The notes beneath the pieces are model-generated. The model had not been told where the DNA came from. It ran no database searches and worked only from the letters and a program-made list of their open reading frames with translations. 64,000 nucleotides of DNA from Alphaproteobacteria bacterium (lineage in GTDB: Bacteria; Pseudomonadota; Alphaproteobacteria; UBA828), in contig OZ243972.1 of assembly GCA_965214705.1 (NCBI GenBank), positions 160,001-224,000 of the forward strand. Reading direction: 5' to 3'. Shown in pieces: positions 32,058 to 42,407 of the stretch. Position 1 is the first letter of the stretch; the number at the start of each line of letters is the position of its first letter. The translations under genes were made by a program, and so were the position numbers.

Positions 32058-32147
32058 CGGGTTCGCGTCCTGTTCAGGGCACGGTGTGGGCACGCGCGCG
32101 ATTCCGCGTGATATGCGCAGGCCGTGACTTAAGGTGAGAACTCCGGC

Positions 32148-33596
32148 TTAGCGCTCCGCGCCAGGCCGGAGCGCCGGCAGGGGATCGCTGAGGAACGCCG
32201 GCACGTGGTCGCCGAGCCCCGTAACCCGCTCGTCGTCGCGGTCGGGGGCACTCTGCTTGGTCGCCCTGCGGGCGCGCTGGCCCTCATTTGCCTCTGCGGA
32301 GCTCCCGGCTCGCCTCTTCTCCCGCTTGGGCTTGCTTTCGGCAGCTTCTGCGTCGCGCGTCCGCTTGCGCGCGGGCCGCTTTTCGCCTGTGCGGGGCTCC
32401 TCGCGGCGCCTGCGGCCCCGGCGCGAACGGCTGCGCTCGCGGGGGGCGGCGTCCAGTTCGGCCGGCTCGCCCTCAGGGGTCGTGAGCGGGATCGCGGCGT
32501 TGACGAGCGCCGCGATGGCGCCCACTGCCTCGGCTTCCTCATGAGTGGCCAGCGTGATCGCCTGGCCCTCGCGGCCGGCACGGCCCGTGCGGCCGATGCG
32601 ATGGACGTAGTCCTCGGGATTGTAGGGCACGTCGAAGTTGATGACGTGAGAGACGGCCTCGATGTCGAGGCCGCGACCCGCCACGTCACTGCAGACGAGG
32701 AGGTTGACCTCGCCCTCCTTGAACGCCGCCAGCGTCTCGGTGCGGCGGTGCTGCACCATGTCGCCGTGCAGCGCGCGGGCGTCGAAGCCGTGGCGCTGGA
32801 GCGAGGCGCTGACGATATCGACGTCCTTCTTGCGGTTGCAGAAGATCAGCGCGCTCTGCACCGCCTCGTCTCGGAGCAGGACACGCAACGCGGCGCGCTT
32901 CTCCTCCGGGTCCACCAGGATCATCGCGTGGCTGACGGTGCCTGCCACCGTTGCCGGCGGCGTGACGCTCACCTCCTTGGGATTGATCAGGAATTCCTTG
33001 CCGAGTCTCTTGATCTCGGGCCCAAGCGTGGCGGAGAACATGAGAGTCTGGCGGATGCGCGGCAGCGTCTGGACGATGCGCTCGACATCCGGGATGAAGC
33101 CCATGTCGAGCATGCGATCGGCCTCGTCGATCACCAAGACCTTGACGCCGCCCAGCATGATCCGGCCCCGCTCGAACATGTCGATCAGGCGGCCGGGGGT
33201 GGCGATCAGAATGTCGGGGTCCTTGCCGAGCGCGGCTTCCTGCAGCGTGAACCCCTCGCCGCCGATGAGCAACGCCTGGCGCAGGCTGTGGTTGGTGCCG
33301 TAGGTGACGAAGTTGTCCGCGATCTGCTGCGCGAGCTCCCGCGTCGGCGCCAGGATCAGGCAGCGCGGCATCCGCGGCTTGCCCGTGCCCGCGCTCAAGA
33401 TGTCGATGATCGGCAGCGCGTAGGATGCGGTCTTGCCCGTGCCGGTCTGGGCGCAGCCCAGCAGGTCGACGCCGCGCAGGACCAGCGGGATGGCCTTCTG
33501 CTGGATCGGCGTCGGCGCCTCGTAGCCGGCCTCGGCAACGGCGGCGAGCAGCGGCTCGCTCAAGCCGAGATCCGCGAATCCTTCATTCAATTCCAC
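32148..33596 (-). CDS. DEAD-box RNA helicase
   Basis: PTPIQ, AQTGTGKT, PTRELA, TPGRL, DEADRMLDMGF, SAT and HRIGRTGRAG; GGAGG SD with GTG at 33596. Confidence 0.93.
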   Translation of the reverse strand: MELNEGFADLGLSEPLLAAVAEAGYEAPTPIQQKAIPLVLRGVDLLGCAQTGTGKTASYALPIIDILSAGTGKPRMPRCLILAPTRELAQQIADNFVTYGTNHSLRQALLIGGEGFTLQEAALGKDPDILIATPGRLIDMFERGRIMLGGVKVLVIDEADRMLDMGFIPDVERIVQTLPRIRQTLMFSATLGPEIKRLGKEFLINPKEVSVTPPATVAGTVSHAMILVDPEEKRAALRVLLRDEAVQSALIFCNRKKDVDIVSASLQRHGFDARALHGDMVQHRRTETLAAFKEGEVNLLVCSDVAGRGLDIEAVSHVINFDVPYNPEDYVHRIGRTGRAGREGQAITLATHEEAEAVGAIAALVNAAIPLTTPEGEPAELDAAPRERSRSRRGRRRREEPRTGEKRPARKRTRDAEAAESKPKREKRRAGSSAEANEGQRARRATKQSAPDRDDERVTGLGDHVPAFLSDPLPALRPGAER

Positions 33597-33979
33597 GAAA
33601 TTTCCTCCATGGCGGCGACGTCGCCGCACCCTGCGAGTCTTCGAGCGACAGCACGGCACGGGCGCCGGCGTGGCTCCCAGCCGCATGTCGCGGACCAATG
33701 ACGTGATGCAGGATTTATTGCTCCTTCAGCGGCGGGTTGGCCGCAAGGCAGCCGACGAATGACCCGCCGTCGGACCCGAATTCGGACGCGCGTGCGCCGC
33801 GGCGTCCTCGGTCCGCGCCCCTCCTACCCTTGCCGCAAGCCAGCGTCAATCGCCATCTGCACGAAGAGCAACGATGCACGTGCCGCGTATACCTTTTCGG
33901 TGGGAAATATGTCAGCGGGATTGCGGCTTGTGCGGGCGCGCCGAACGCGTACTATCGCAACGCACGGGGCTGGGCGCAG

Positions 33980-34054
33980 GCGGGCGTAGCTCAGGGGTAG
34001 AGCACAACCTTGCCAAGGTTGGGGTCGTGGGTTCGAATCCCATCGCCCGCTCCA
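33980..34054 (+). tRNA. tRNA-Gly(GCC)
   Basis: GCGGGCG acceptor stem paired with CGCCCGC-TCCA; anticodon arm CAACC-TTGCCAA-GGTTG; T loop GTTCGAATC. Confidence 0.97.
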
Positions 34055-34171
34055 GTCTCCGGCCCGCGCCCGCCAAAGTTTACGGCGGGCGTTTGCGCGA
34101 CGCGCAGGGGAAGAGGCCGAGATGCGCGTGCTGCCCGCCGCACCCGCCATCCACGCGACGAACAGCCACCA

Positions 34172-34567
34172 GTGACCGCGCTCGTCACCCACACGGGCGG
34201 CTGCCACTGCGGCGCGGTGCGCTTCTCCTGCGAGGCTCCGGCCCAGATCGAAGTGCACGACTGCGACTGCTCGATCTGCCGGAAGTCCGGCTACCGCCAT
34301 CTGGTGGTGCCGAAGTCGCGTTTCATCCTGCTCTCGGGCGCAGACAAGTTGACCAGCTACCGCTTCGGCACTGGCGTGGCCGAGCACCTGTTCTGTGCGG
34401 TCTGCGGCGTGAAGTCATTTTACTCGCCGCGCTCGGCGCCCGATTGCTACAGCGTCAACGTGCCCTGCCTCGATCCCGGTACCGTCACGGGCGAGACGGT
34501 GATCGCGGTGTACGGCGCAGACTGGAACGTCGACGATCCAGGGCCGCCCAAGCGCGAGCCCCTATAG
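34172..34567 (+). CDS. GFA/CENP-V family protein
   Basis: GGCHCGAVRF, CDCSICRK, HLFCAVCG and SVNV.CLD. Confidence 0.88.
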   Translation: MTALVTHTGGCHCGAVRFSCEAPAQIEVHDCDCSICRKSGYRHLVVPKSRFILLSGADKLTSYRFGTGVAEHLFCAVCGVKSFYSPRSAPDCYSVNVPCLDPGTVTGETVIAVYGADWNVDDPGPPKREPL

Positions 34568-34599
34568 AACAAGGCCCACGTATCGGCCTGAATACAGGT

Positions 34600-35547
34600 C
34601 TACGAGCGCGCGAGCCGGACCTCGATCGCATCCCAGATCAGGGCTTCGAGGCGAGTGCCGTCGAGGCGGTTGATTTCCTGAATGCCCGTGGGCGAGGTGA
34701 CGTTGATCTCGGTGAGGTAGCCGCCAATCACGTCGATCCCCGTGAAGATCAGGCCGCGTTCCCTGAGTGCCGGGCCGATCGCGGCGCAAATCTCGCAGTC
34801 GCGGCTGCTCAGCTCGGTTTTGTCCGGCCGGGCGCCGACATGCATGTTGGCGCGGGCCTCGCCGGCGGCCGGCACCCGGTTCACGGCGCCCACCGGCTCG
34901 CCCTCCACCAGGATGATGCGCTTGTCGCCGTCGCGCACCGCCGGCAGATAGGCTTGGGCGATGATCGGCTCGCGGAAGAACGTGCCGAACATCTCGATCA
35001 AGGCATTGAGGTTCTCGTCCTCGGGCCCGACGTGGAATACGCCCGCGCCGCCGTTGCCGAAAAGGGGCTTGAGGATGATGTCGCCGTGCCGGGCGCGGAA
35101 GTCGACGATCATCTCGCGTTCGGCGGTGATCAGCGTCGGCGGCATCAGCTCGGGGAACCGCGTGACGAAGAGTTTTTCCGGCGCGTTCCGCACATGAACC
35201 GGGTCGTTGACCACCAGCGTCTCTGCTTGAATCTGTTCCAGGATATGGGTGGCCGTGATGTAGGCCATGTCGAAGGGCGGGTCCTGGCGCATCAGGACGA
35301 CGTCCATGGTGGCGAGGTCGACGCTCTCAGGCGCACCGAGGGAGAAGTGATCGCCGGTCTTCCGGCGCACCTCGAGGGGACGCACAGTGGCCACCGCACC
35401 GGCCGCGGTCAGCGAGAGATGCTGCGGCAGGTAGTGATGCAGCCGATGGCCTCTGGCCTGCGCTTCCAGCGCGAGCACGAAGGTGCTGTCGGCCTCGATG
35501 TCGATGGACTCGATCGGGTCCATTTGAATGGCCACGGCGAGGTTCAC
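34600..35547 (-). CDS. gshB: glutathione synthetase
   Basis: [31 protein letters not shown] and [10 protein letters not shown]. Confidence 0.96.
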   Translation of the reverse strand: MNLAVAIQMDPIESIDIEADSTFVLALEAQARGHRLHHYLPQHLSLTAAGAVATVRPLEVRRKTGDHFSLGAPESVDLATMDVVLMRQDPPFDMAYITATHILEQIQAETLVVNDPVHVRNAPEKLFVTRFPELMPPTLITAEREMIVDFRARHGDIILKPLFGNGGAGVFHVGPEDENLNALIEMFGTFFREPIIAQAYLPAVRDGDKRIILVEGEPVGAVNRVPAAGEARANMHVGARPDKTELSSRDCEICAAIGPALRERGLIFTGIDVIGGYLTEINVTSPTGIQEINRLDGTRLEALIWDAIEVRLARS

Positions 35548-35575
35548 GTCATGGACCCCCTAAGTCCCTCGGCTC

Positions 35576-36403
35576 TCAATGCAGGCTGGTCGTGAGAGAC
35601 GCGAGCGCTGCCTCGACACGCGACCGCGCGGCCTCGGGCAACGGACAGGCAAGGCTCCGCTCCAGCGCCTCGACCGCGCCCTTGATGGTGCCGAGCCGCG
35701 CCCGCACCATGCCGAGCTCATGCCAGAGGCCGCCGGCATCCGGCGCGATCAGCAACATTCGCTCCAGGATCGCGGCGGCGCGGGCGCCGTCGCCCGCCTG
35801 CAGCGCCCGGGACTTGATATTGTTCTGAAGCCTGAGAAGGATCGCCCGGTTGCCGACCGGCGCGTAGTGGGCGGGCTCCAGCTCCACATCGGCACCCTGG
35901 AACTGCTTGAGCAGGCCGCGCAGGTGGCCGGCCTCCAGCGCCTGGCCCTGGTGGAAGGGATCGACGATCACGCGGCGGTCGCCCTCGTCCATCCGCACCA
36001 GGAAATGACCGGGGAAGGCCAGCCCGTCCACCGCCCAGCCCTGCGCACGGGCGGCGTGGATGTAGAGGATGCCGAGGCTGACCGGCAGTCCGACGCGGCG
36101 GTCGATGACCTGAAGCAGGTTCGCGTTCTCGGGCGCATCGTAGCTCTCGGTATCGCCGGCATACCCGTGCGCCTCGAAGAGCACGGCGTTGAGGTGACGG
36201 CGGCGGCGCTCCAGCGGCTCGCCGGCGCGGGCGAGCACCGCCACGTCCTCGCTGAGCCGCCCGACGTGGGTGCGGTAGCCTTCGAGCGATGCGCCCGGCA
36301 TGTCGAGGGCACCGAGCAACAGCGCGGCATCGGCCAAGTCGATCTCTTCGTCCGCGAGGGTGCCGACGGCGCGGAGCGCACCTTCGATCGCGTCACCCGG
36401 CAT
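35576..36403 (-). CDS. SirB1/transglutaminase-like protein with TPR C-terminus
   Basis: GY.GD...YD.P.N, RR.GLPVSLGILY, FPGHFLVR, DPF and RLQNNIK; start uncertain (36403 or 36433). Confidence 0.85.
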   Translation of the reverse strand: MPGDAIEGALRAVGTLADEEIDLADAALLLGALDMPGASLEGYRTHVGRLSEDVAVLARAGEPLERRRRHLNAVLFEAHGYAGDTESYDAPENANLLQVIDRRVGLPVSLGILYIHAARAQGWAVDGLAFPGHFLVRMDEGDRRVIVDPFHQGQALEAGHLRGLLKQFQGADVELEPAHYAPVGNRAILLRLQNNIKSRALQAGDGARAAAILERMLLIAPDAGGLWHELGMVRARLGTIKGAVEALERSLACPLPEAARSRVEAALASLTTSLH

Positions 36404-37097
36404 CAGGTGGTAGCGGGGAGCTTGACCGCGCATCGGATGGCAGCGGGCGACGCGGGTCGTCCTTCATGATCACATGGCTCACCACGCGCTCGACGCCGCC
36501 CACGCTGCGGGCGTGCGCCTTGACCCGCTCCAGCTCATCCTCGTCCTGCGCGATCCCCAAGAGATAAACCGTGCCATTGACGGTCTCGATATCATAGTTG
36601 ACCGACAGGATATCGAGGTCCAGGAGCAGCCTGGCCCGGAGCTTGAACGAAATCCACCTGTCCTCCGCGTAGTCCAGAATGCCGCCCTCGCCGGTCACCT
36701 GCAGCTCGTTGATCACCTCCTCCGCGCGCGCAGCCTGCCGGGCGACCCAACCCGCGCGGATCCGATCCTCATGCGTCGGCACGCTACCCTTGAGCAGCAC
36801 ACGGCCCTCCATCACGCTGATCGAAACGTCGTTGTAAAGGTCGAGATCGTCCCGGAAGAAGAGATGGTTGAGTTCCGCTTGAATCGTCAGGTCCTTGACG
36901 GCGTTGCTGACCGTGCGTTCCTCGGCGATGGCGAGGCCCGTCGTGGTGGCCGCGCCGATGATGACATCCGCACAACCGGCGAGACTCAGCAGAGCGGCCA
37001 GCGCGAGGGCAAGAGCTGCTGCCGGACCAGTTTGGCGCCAGTGGCGAAGACTCCGGCCGCCCGTGCGGCCAGTGCACGCATTCGCCCCACGGGCCAT
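36393..37097 (-). CDS. BON-domain lipoprotein (DolP/YraP-like), copy 2
   Basis: Lipobox LAGC; EERT, V.EGRVLL.G, EVINEL and ETVNGTVYLLG. Confidence 0.85.
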   Translation of the reverse strand: MARGANACTGRTGGRSLRHWRQTGPAAALALALAALLSLAGCADVIIGAATTTGLAIAEERTVSNAVKDLTIQAELNHLFFRDDLDLYNDVSISVMEGRVLLKGSVPTHEDRIRAGWVARQAARAEEVINELQVTGEGGILDYAEDRWISFKLRARLLLDLDILSVNYDIETVNGTVYLLGIAQDEDELERVKAHARSVGGVERVVSHVIMKDDPRRPLPSDARSSSPLPPDAG

Positions 37098-37783
37098 CAA
37101 GGCGTCACCGGGCGGTGACGGTCGTCCTTCAAGACCACGTGGCTCACGACGCGCTTTACATCCTCGATGCTGCGGGCGTGCTCGGTGACCCGCGTGAGCT
37201 CGGCCTCGTCCTGCGCGATACCCAGGAGGTAGACCGTGCCGTTGACCGTCTCCACGCTGTAGTTGATGGAGAGGACATCGCCGTCCACCAGTAGCTTTCC
37301 CTTGAGCTGCGCCGAAATCCACGTGTCCCGCGCGTAATCGAGGATTCCGCTGTCGTCGGCCACCTGAAGCTCATTGATCACCTCGCGAACGCCGGCGGCC
37401 TGCCAGGCGAGCCGAAGCGCACGGATGCGATCGTCGGGCGTGGGCACGCTGCCTTTGAGCAGAACGCGTCCTTCGATCACGCTGAACGACACATCCCCAA
37501 AGAGCTCGACATCGTCCCGGAAGAAGAGGTGGTTGAGCTCCGCCCTAATGGTCAGGTCGTCGACCGCGTCGCCGACCGAGCGCTCCTCGGCGATCGCAAC
37601 GCCCGTCGTTGCGGCCGCGCCGATCAGAAGTTCCGCACATCCAGAGAGGGAGAGCGAGCCGGCCAAGAGGAGTACGAGCACGACTGCGGGTCCCGCCTTC
37701 CGGCTCGGGCACCGCGTCAATCGTGTCAGATAACTGTCCCGCTGCGGTCGGGACGCCACGCATCTGGCAGGTGGCTCGGCCAT
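37097..37783 (-). CDS. BON-domain lipoprotein (DolP/YraP-like), copy 1
   Basis: Lipobox LSGC; two BON domains with long stretches matching copy 2. Confidence 0.85.
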   Translation of the reverse strand: MAEPPARCVASRPQRDSYLTRLTRCPSRKAGPAVVLVLLLAGSLSLSGCAELLIGAAATTGVAIAEERSVGDAVDDLTIRAELNHLFFRDDVELFGDVSFSVIEGRVLLKGSVPTPDDRIRALRLAWQAAGVREVINELQVADDSGILDYARDTWISAQLKGKLLVDGDVLSINYSVETVNGTVYLLGIAQDEAELTRVTEHARSIEDVKRVVSHVVLKDDRHRPVTP

Positions 37784-38118
37784 CGCCAAGGGCTCACCAC
37801 CATCAAATCGAATCGGAGTGAAAGCTTGCGCCGATTCGGGTGACGCGACAAGTAAATGGTGGCGGCGTTCTCGATACGCCGCCGCTGATGCGCGGTAACG
37901 GCCTCAAGAATGCCCTGGCGCTCCTTGCGATGCTTCACTTCAATGAAGGCGATCAACGCGCCGCGTTGCGCGACGATGTCGAGCTCGCCCGCAGGGGTGG
38001 CGTAGCGCCGCGCCAGGATGCGCCAGCCCGTGAGTCGGAGACGCAACGCGCAAAGTCGCTCCGCCGCAAGACCCCGCGCGTAAGCCGCGCGTCGGTCCTC
38101 TAGGGATCGACCGCGCAT
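37726..38118 (-). CDS. yraN: YraN family protein (UPF0102)
   Basis: G..AE......L...GW.IL.RRY....GE.DI, FIEVK, RFD and H...AW. Confidence 0.88.
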   Translation of the reverse strand: MRGRSLEDRRAAYARGLAAERLCALRLRLTGWRILARRYATPAGELDIVAQRGALIAFIEVKHRKERQGILEAVTAHQRRRIENAATIYLSRHPNRRKLSLRFDLMVVSPWRWPSHLPDAWRPDRSGTVI

Positions 38119-39044
38119 CCCTCCCGTGCCCGTGTCCGTGCCAATGCACGGGTATAGAGCTCGCGACGCGGCAGCCCGGTTTCGGCGCTGAGCGCCGCCG
38201 CGGCGTCGCGCACGGTGCCCTCGGCGAGAAGACGGTCGAGGCGCGCGTCGATATCCGCGTCCGAGAGCGCTGGTTGCGCCGTGCCTCCCCTCTCGCCGCC
38301 AACGACGATCACGACCTCGCCTTTGGGAGCACCGGCGGCGGCGTAATGGCTTGCCAGCTCGCCGAGCGATCCGCGCCGTACCTCCTCGTGCAGCTTGGTC
38401 AGCTCGCGCGCCACAGCCGCCGGGCGCGAGCCGAGTGTCGCCGCCATCTCTGCCAGCGACGACGCCAGTCGCCGGGGCGATTCGAGGAAGACGAGCGTCG
38501 CGTCGAGGGCGCAGAGCGAGCCGAGCGCCTCCCGCCGGGGCCCCGCCTTGGAGGGCAGGAAGCCGCCGAAGTAGAAGCGATCGGTCGGCAGGCCAGAGAG
38601 GATGAGCGCGAGCAGGGGCGCGCTCGGGCCCGGGCAGCCGGTCACGCGAATGCCGGCATCGAGCGCGGTACGAACCAGCTTGTAGCCGGGGTCGGAGATC
38701 AGCGGCGTGCCTGCGTCCGAGACCAGGGCCACCGAGCCGCCGCCTGTAAGCGCACGGATCAACGCCGGGCGAACGCGCGCCGCGTTATGCTCGTGGTAGG
38801 AGACGAGGCGTGCCGAGATGCCGTGGCGCGCCAGGAGCCGCCCGGTGCGGCGGGTGTCCTCGCAGGCGACACGATCGACGGATGCAAGCACCGCGAGCGC
38901 GCGCGGCGACATGTCCTCCAGATTGCCGATCGGCGTCGCCACCAGCCAGAGACCGGGTTCCGCGCCCGGCTGCGGTTTACTCGCCGGGGTGTCGTCCCTA
39001 GTCTGTCCCGCGCCTGCCGGCGTCGCGGGAGCTTCCTCGGACAT
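38100..39044 (-). CDS. rsmI: 16S rRNA (cytidine1402-2'-O)-methyltransferase
   Basis: LVATPIGNLED, CEDTR, YHEHN, VSDAGTPLISDPG, ESPRRL and RELTKLHEE. Confidence 0.95.
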   Translation of the reverse strand: MSEEAPATPAGAGQTRDDTPASKPQPGAEPGLWLVATPIGNLEDMSPRALAVLASVDRVACEDTRRTGRLLARHGISARLVSYHEHNAARVRPALIRALTGGGSVALVSDAGTPLISDPGYKLVRTALDAGIRVTGCPGPSAPLLALILSGLPTDRFYFGGFLPSKAGPRREALGSLCALDATLVFLESPRRLASSLAEMAATLGSRPAAVARELTKLHEEVRRGSLGELASHYAAAGAPKGEVVIVVGGERGGTAQPALSDADIDARLDRLLAEGTVRDAAAALSAETGLPRRELYTRALARTRAREGCAVDP

Positions 39045-40494
39045 GGATCGACCTCGTAGCCTCTCCGCAGCCAATCGGCGCCGGCGGATCGGAGCGGCAG
39101 GCGCCGCCCTGCTGCTGGTCCTTCTCGCGGGCGCCTGCGCCGCGCCGAGCGTACCGCCGCCGTCGCCCGAGGACCAGCCGCAGCCTCGCCCGACAGCCGA
39201 AGCGAAGACCGCCGCGCCTGACCTCTTGATCCCTCCGGCCGATGAGCGGGCCGAGACGCTCGCCGCCCTCCCCACCGATGAATCGACTGCGGGCGAGCCT
39301 GCTGGGGAAGAAGAAAGCGCAGCTACGGCACCTGAGGAGACAGCACGCCCCGCCAGGGTGGGCCTCCTGTTGCCGCTCTCTGGCCGCTACGCCCAGGAAG
39401 GCGAGACGCTGCTGCACGCGGCGCAGCTCGCCCTCTTCGACACGGCCGACGAGCGCTTCTTGCTGCTGCCGCGCGATACGGGAGGCACGGCGCCGGGTGC
39501 GAAGCGGGCCGCGCTTGCGCTGCTCGAAGAGGGCGTCGACCTGATCCTCGGACCCCTGTTTGCCGAGGGCGTGAACGCCGTCGCCTCCCACGCACGAGCG
39601 CATGGGGTAACCGTGGTCGCCTTCTCGACCGATCGGGCGGCCGCAAGCGAAGGCGTCTTTTTGCTCGGCCATACACCGCGCGCGCAGATCAGGCGGGTCT
39701 TCGCGCACGCGGCGGCGAAGGGGTATCGACGGATCGCTTTGCTGGCGCCCGAGACACGTTATGGCGCGACAGTGGCGGACGAGGCCCAGGCTGCGGCAAT
39801 GCTCAACGGACTGTCGCTTGCAAGAGTCCGCAATTACGCGGCGGATGCGTCGGACGCAGCCGACGTCGTGCGCAACCTTGCCGAGTACGACCGGCGCGCC
39901 CAGGCCCTAAAACACGAGCGGCGGACGCTTGCCCGCCAGGGCGATGCCGCAGCCCGCCGTCGACTGAAGCGGCTTGAGACCCTCGACACGCTGGGCGAGC
40001 TGCCCTTCGACGCGCTGCTGCTGGCCGATGGCGGCACTCGGTTGCGGCAGGTCGCGCCGCTACTCCCCTATTACGACATCGACCCCACCGAAGTCCGCGT
40101 TCTGGGGACGGGCCTCTGGGAGGATGCGGCCACGCTCGGCGAGACGGCGCTCGCAGGCGGCTGGTTCGCGGGTCCTGACCCGGCCGCACGGCGAAATTTC
40201 GAGGAACGCTACCGCCGAGTCTTCGGCGAATCACCGGGAGCAATCGCTACCGTCGCCTATGACGCGACCGCGCTGGCCGCGGCTCTCGCACGAGCAGGCG
40301 CCTCGTTCGACCCGCAGGCCATCGGCAACCGCGGCGGATTCGTCGGCGCGGACGGTCTCTTTCGCTTCGACGACGAGGGGATCGCGGAACGGGGCCTCGC
40401 CGTCTTCGAGGTCGCTGACGGCGGCAAAGCCCTTGTAGTGAGCCCCGCGCCTGCGCGTTTCGACGTTGGTGAAGGCAATGCGGACGGAGGCTGA
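39043..40494 (+). CDS. penicillin-binding protein activator LpoA/LppC-like lipoprotein
   Basis: Lipobox LAGAC; VGLLLPLSG, ILGPLF, LGTGLW, AYDA and GF.G.DGLFRF; divergent from rsmI. Confidence 0.85.
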   Translation: MDRPRSLSAANRRRRIGAAGAALLLVLLAGACAAPSVPPPSPEDQPQPRPTAEAKTAAPDLLIPPADERAETLAALPTDESTAGEPAGEEESAATAPEETARPARVGLLLPLSGRYAQEGETLLHAAQLALFDTADERFLLLPRDTGGTAPGAKRAALALLEEGVDLILGPLFAEGVNAVASHARAHGVTVVAFSTDRAAASEGVFLLGHTPRAQIRRVFAHAAAKGYRRIALLAPETRYGATVADEAQAAAMLNGLSLARVRNYAADASDAADVVRNLAEYDRRAQALKHERRTLARQGDAAARRRLKRLETLDTLGELPFDALLLADGGTRLRQVAPLLPYYDIDPTEVRVLGTGLWEDAATLGETALAGGWFAGPDPAARRNFEERYRRVFGESPGAIATVAYDATALAAALARAGASFDPQAIGNRGGFVGADGLFRFDDEGIAERGLAVFEVADGGKALVVSPAPARFDVGEGNADGG

Positions 40495-40520
40495 GACAGG
40501 CCGCACGCCCGCCGCAGGCC

Positions 40521-41285
40521 CTACAGAATCTGACTCAGGAACAGCTTGGTCCGGTCGGACTGGGGATTGTTGAAGAACTCGTCCGGCGTGTTCTGCTCGA
40601 CGATCTGGCCCTCGTCCATGAAGATGACGCGGTTGGCGACCTGCGAGGCGAAGCCCATCTCATGGGTGACGACGAGCATGGTCATGCCGCTCTCGGCAAG
40701 GTCGACCATGACCTCCAGCACCTCCTTGATCATCTCCGGATCGAGGGCCGAAGTGGGCTCGTCGAACAGCATGATGTTGGGCTTCATGCAGAGGGAGCGG
40801 GCGATCGCCACGCGCTGCTGCTGGCCGCCGGAGAGCTGGCCGGGATATTTCAAGGCCTGCTCAGGGATCTTGACCCGCTCCAGGTACTCCATCGCGGACT
40901 GCTGGGCCTCGGCCTTCGGCATCTTGCGCACCCAGATCGGGGCCAGCGTGCAGTTCTCCAGCACCGTGAGATGCGGGAACAGGTTGAACTGCTGGAACAC
41001 CATGCCGACCTCGCGGCGGATCGCATCGATGTTCTTTAGGTTGTGGGTGAGCTCGACGCCGTCGACGACGACCTTGCCTTCCTGATGCTCCTCCAGCCTG
41101 TTGATGCAGCGGATCAGCGTCGACTTGCCCGATCCCGACGGCCCGCAGATGACGATGCGCTCCCGTCGCTCAACCATGAGATCGATGTCGCGCAGAACGT
41201 GGAACTGACCGAACCACTTGTTGAGGCCGGTGATTTCGATGATCGGGTCTTCGGCGCCGCCGGGCGCGGCATCTGCCTCCGCCAT
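40521..41285 (-). CDS. aapP: general L-amino acid ABC transporter ATP-binding subunit
   Basis: [22 protein letters not shown] and [11 protein letters not shown]. Confidence 0.93.
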   Translation of the reverse strand: MAEADAAPGGAEDPIIEITGLNKWFGQFHVLRDIDLMVERRERIVICGPSGSGKSTLIRCINRLEEHQEGKVVVDGVELTHNLKNIDAIRREVGMVFQQFNLFPHLTVLENCTLAPIWVRKMPKAEAQQSAMEYLERVKIPEQALKYPGQLSGGQQQRVAIARSLCMKPNIMLFDEPTSALDPEMIKEVLEVMVDLAESGMTMLVVTHEMGFASQVANRVIFMDEGQIVEQNTPDEFFNNPQSDRTKLFLSQIL

Positions 41286-41294
41286 GGTGCCTCC

Positions 41295-42407
41295 CTAGCG
41301 TCTCGTGGTGTCCAAGCGCTTCTCGAGATTGAGCGAGTAGCGCGACATGCTGAAGCAGATCACGAAGAAGAACAGCGCCGCCAGCAGAAAGGTCTCGTAA
41401 TCGACCTTGCCCAGCCAGTCCGGATTGGTCTGCAGGAGACGCGCCTGGCCCAGGATATCGAACAGGCCGATGATGATGACCAGCGTGGTGTCCTTGAAGA
41501 GCCCGATGAAGGTGTTGACGATGCCCGGGATCGAGATCTTGAGCGCCTGCGGCAGAATGATCAGGCGCATCGACTGCCAGTAGCCAAGCCCCATCGCCTG
41601 ACCGGCCTCGTACTGCCCTTGCGGGATCGCCTGCAGCCCGCCGCGGATCACCTCGGCCATGTAGGCGGAGGCGAACACCGTGATGATGATCATCACGCGG
41701 ATCAACTGGTCGAGCGTGACCTGGGGCGGCAGGAAAAGCGGCAGCAGGATGATCGCGACGAAGAGCAGCGTAATCAGCGGCACGCCGCGGATGAACTCGA
41801 TGAACCCGACCGAGAACATCCGGACGATCGGCATGCGCGAGCGCCGGCCGAGTGCCAGCAGGATCCCGATGGGCAGGGAGAGCACGATGCCGACGAGTCC
41901 GGCGATAAGATTGAGCATGAAGCCGCCGAACTGGTCGGTCCGCACGACCTCGAGGCCGAGACCGCCGACCAGCAGGATCGCGGCGATCACCGGATAGGCG
42001 AGCGAGAACCAGCGCCCGTAGCGGGAATACGGCAGCTTGTCGAACAGCATGTAGGCGAGCGCCGGTACCAGCAGGGCGATGCAGATGTTCACCCGCCAAT
42101 AGGCATCGGCCGGGTAGAAGCCGTAGAAGAACTGAGTGATGCGCTGGTCGAGCCAAGCCCAGCACGCACCCTCGCTGGGACAGTCCTTGCCGATCTCGCC
42201 CGTAAGCGTTGCATCGATGAAAGCCCATTCGATCAGGCCCGGTACGATCAGCGCGAGCACGGCGATCGAGCCTAGCGTCAGCGCCGCGCTCAGATAGCTG
42301 GAGAAGAGGTTGGTCCGCAGCCAGCCAATCACACCTGTGGTGGTGATCGGCGCCGGCCGCTCAGGCAGCATCTCCGCCCGGCTGCGGTGGAAGGCGTGCG
42401 TCTTCAT
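41295..42407 (-). CDS. aapM: general L-amino acid ABC transporter permease
   Basis: WLR.NLF, RGVPLIT, AY.AEVIRGGLQAIP.GQYEA and FKDTTLV. Confidence 0.92.
   Translation of the reverse strand: MKTHAFHRSRAEMLPERPAPITTTGVIGWLRTNLFSSYLSAALTLGSIAVLALIVPGLIEWAFIDATLTGEIGKDCPSEGACWAWLDQRITQFFYGFYPADAYWRVNICIALLVPALAYMLFDKLPYSRYGRWFSLAYPVIAAILLVGGLGLEVVRTDQFGGFMLNLIAGLVGIVLSLPIGILLALGRRSRMPIVRMFSVGFIEFIRGVPLITLLFVAIILLPLFLPPQVTLDQLIRVMIIITVFASAYMAEVIRGGLQAIPQGQYEAGQAMGLGYWQSMRLIILPQALKISIPGIVNTFIGLFKDTTLVIIIGLFDILGQARLLQTNPDWLGKVDYETFLLAALFFFVICFSMSRYSLNLEKRLDTTRR

Noticed and set aside
33980-34600. tRNA-Gly as an island integration site
   Set aside because: No integrase and no duplicated tRNA 3' end seen in the window.
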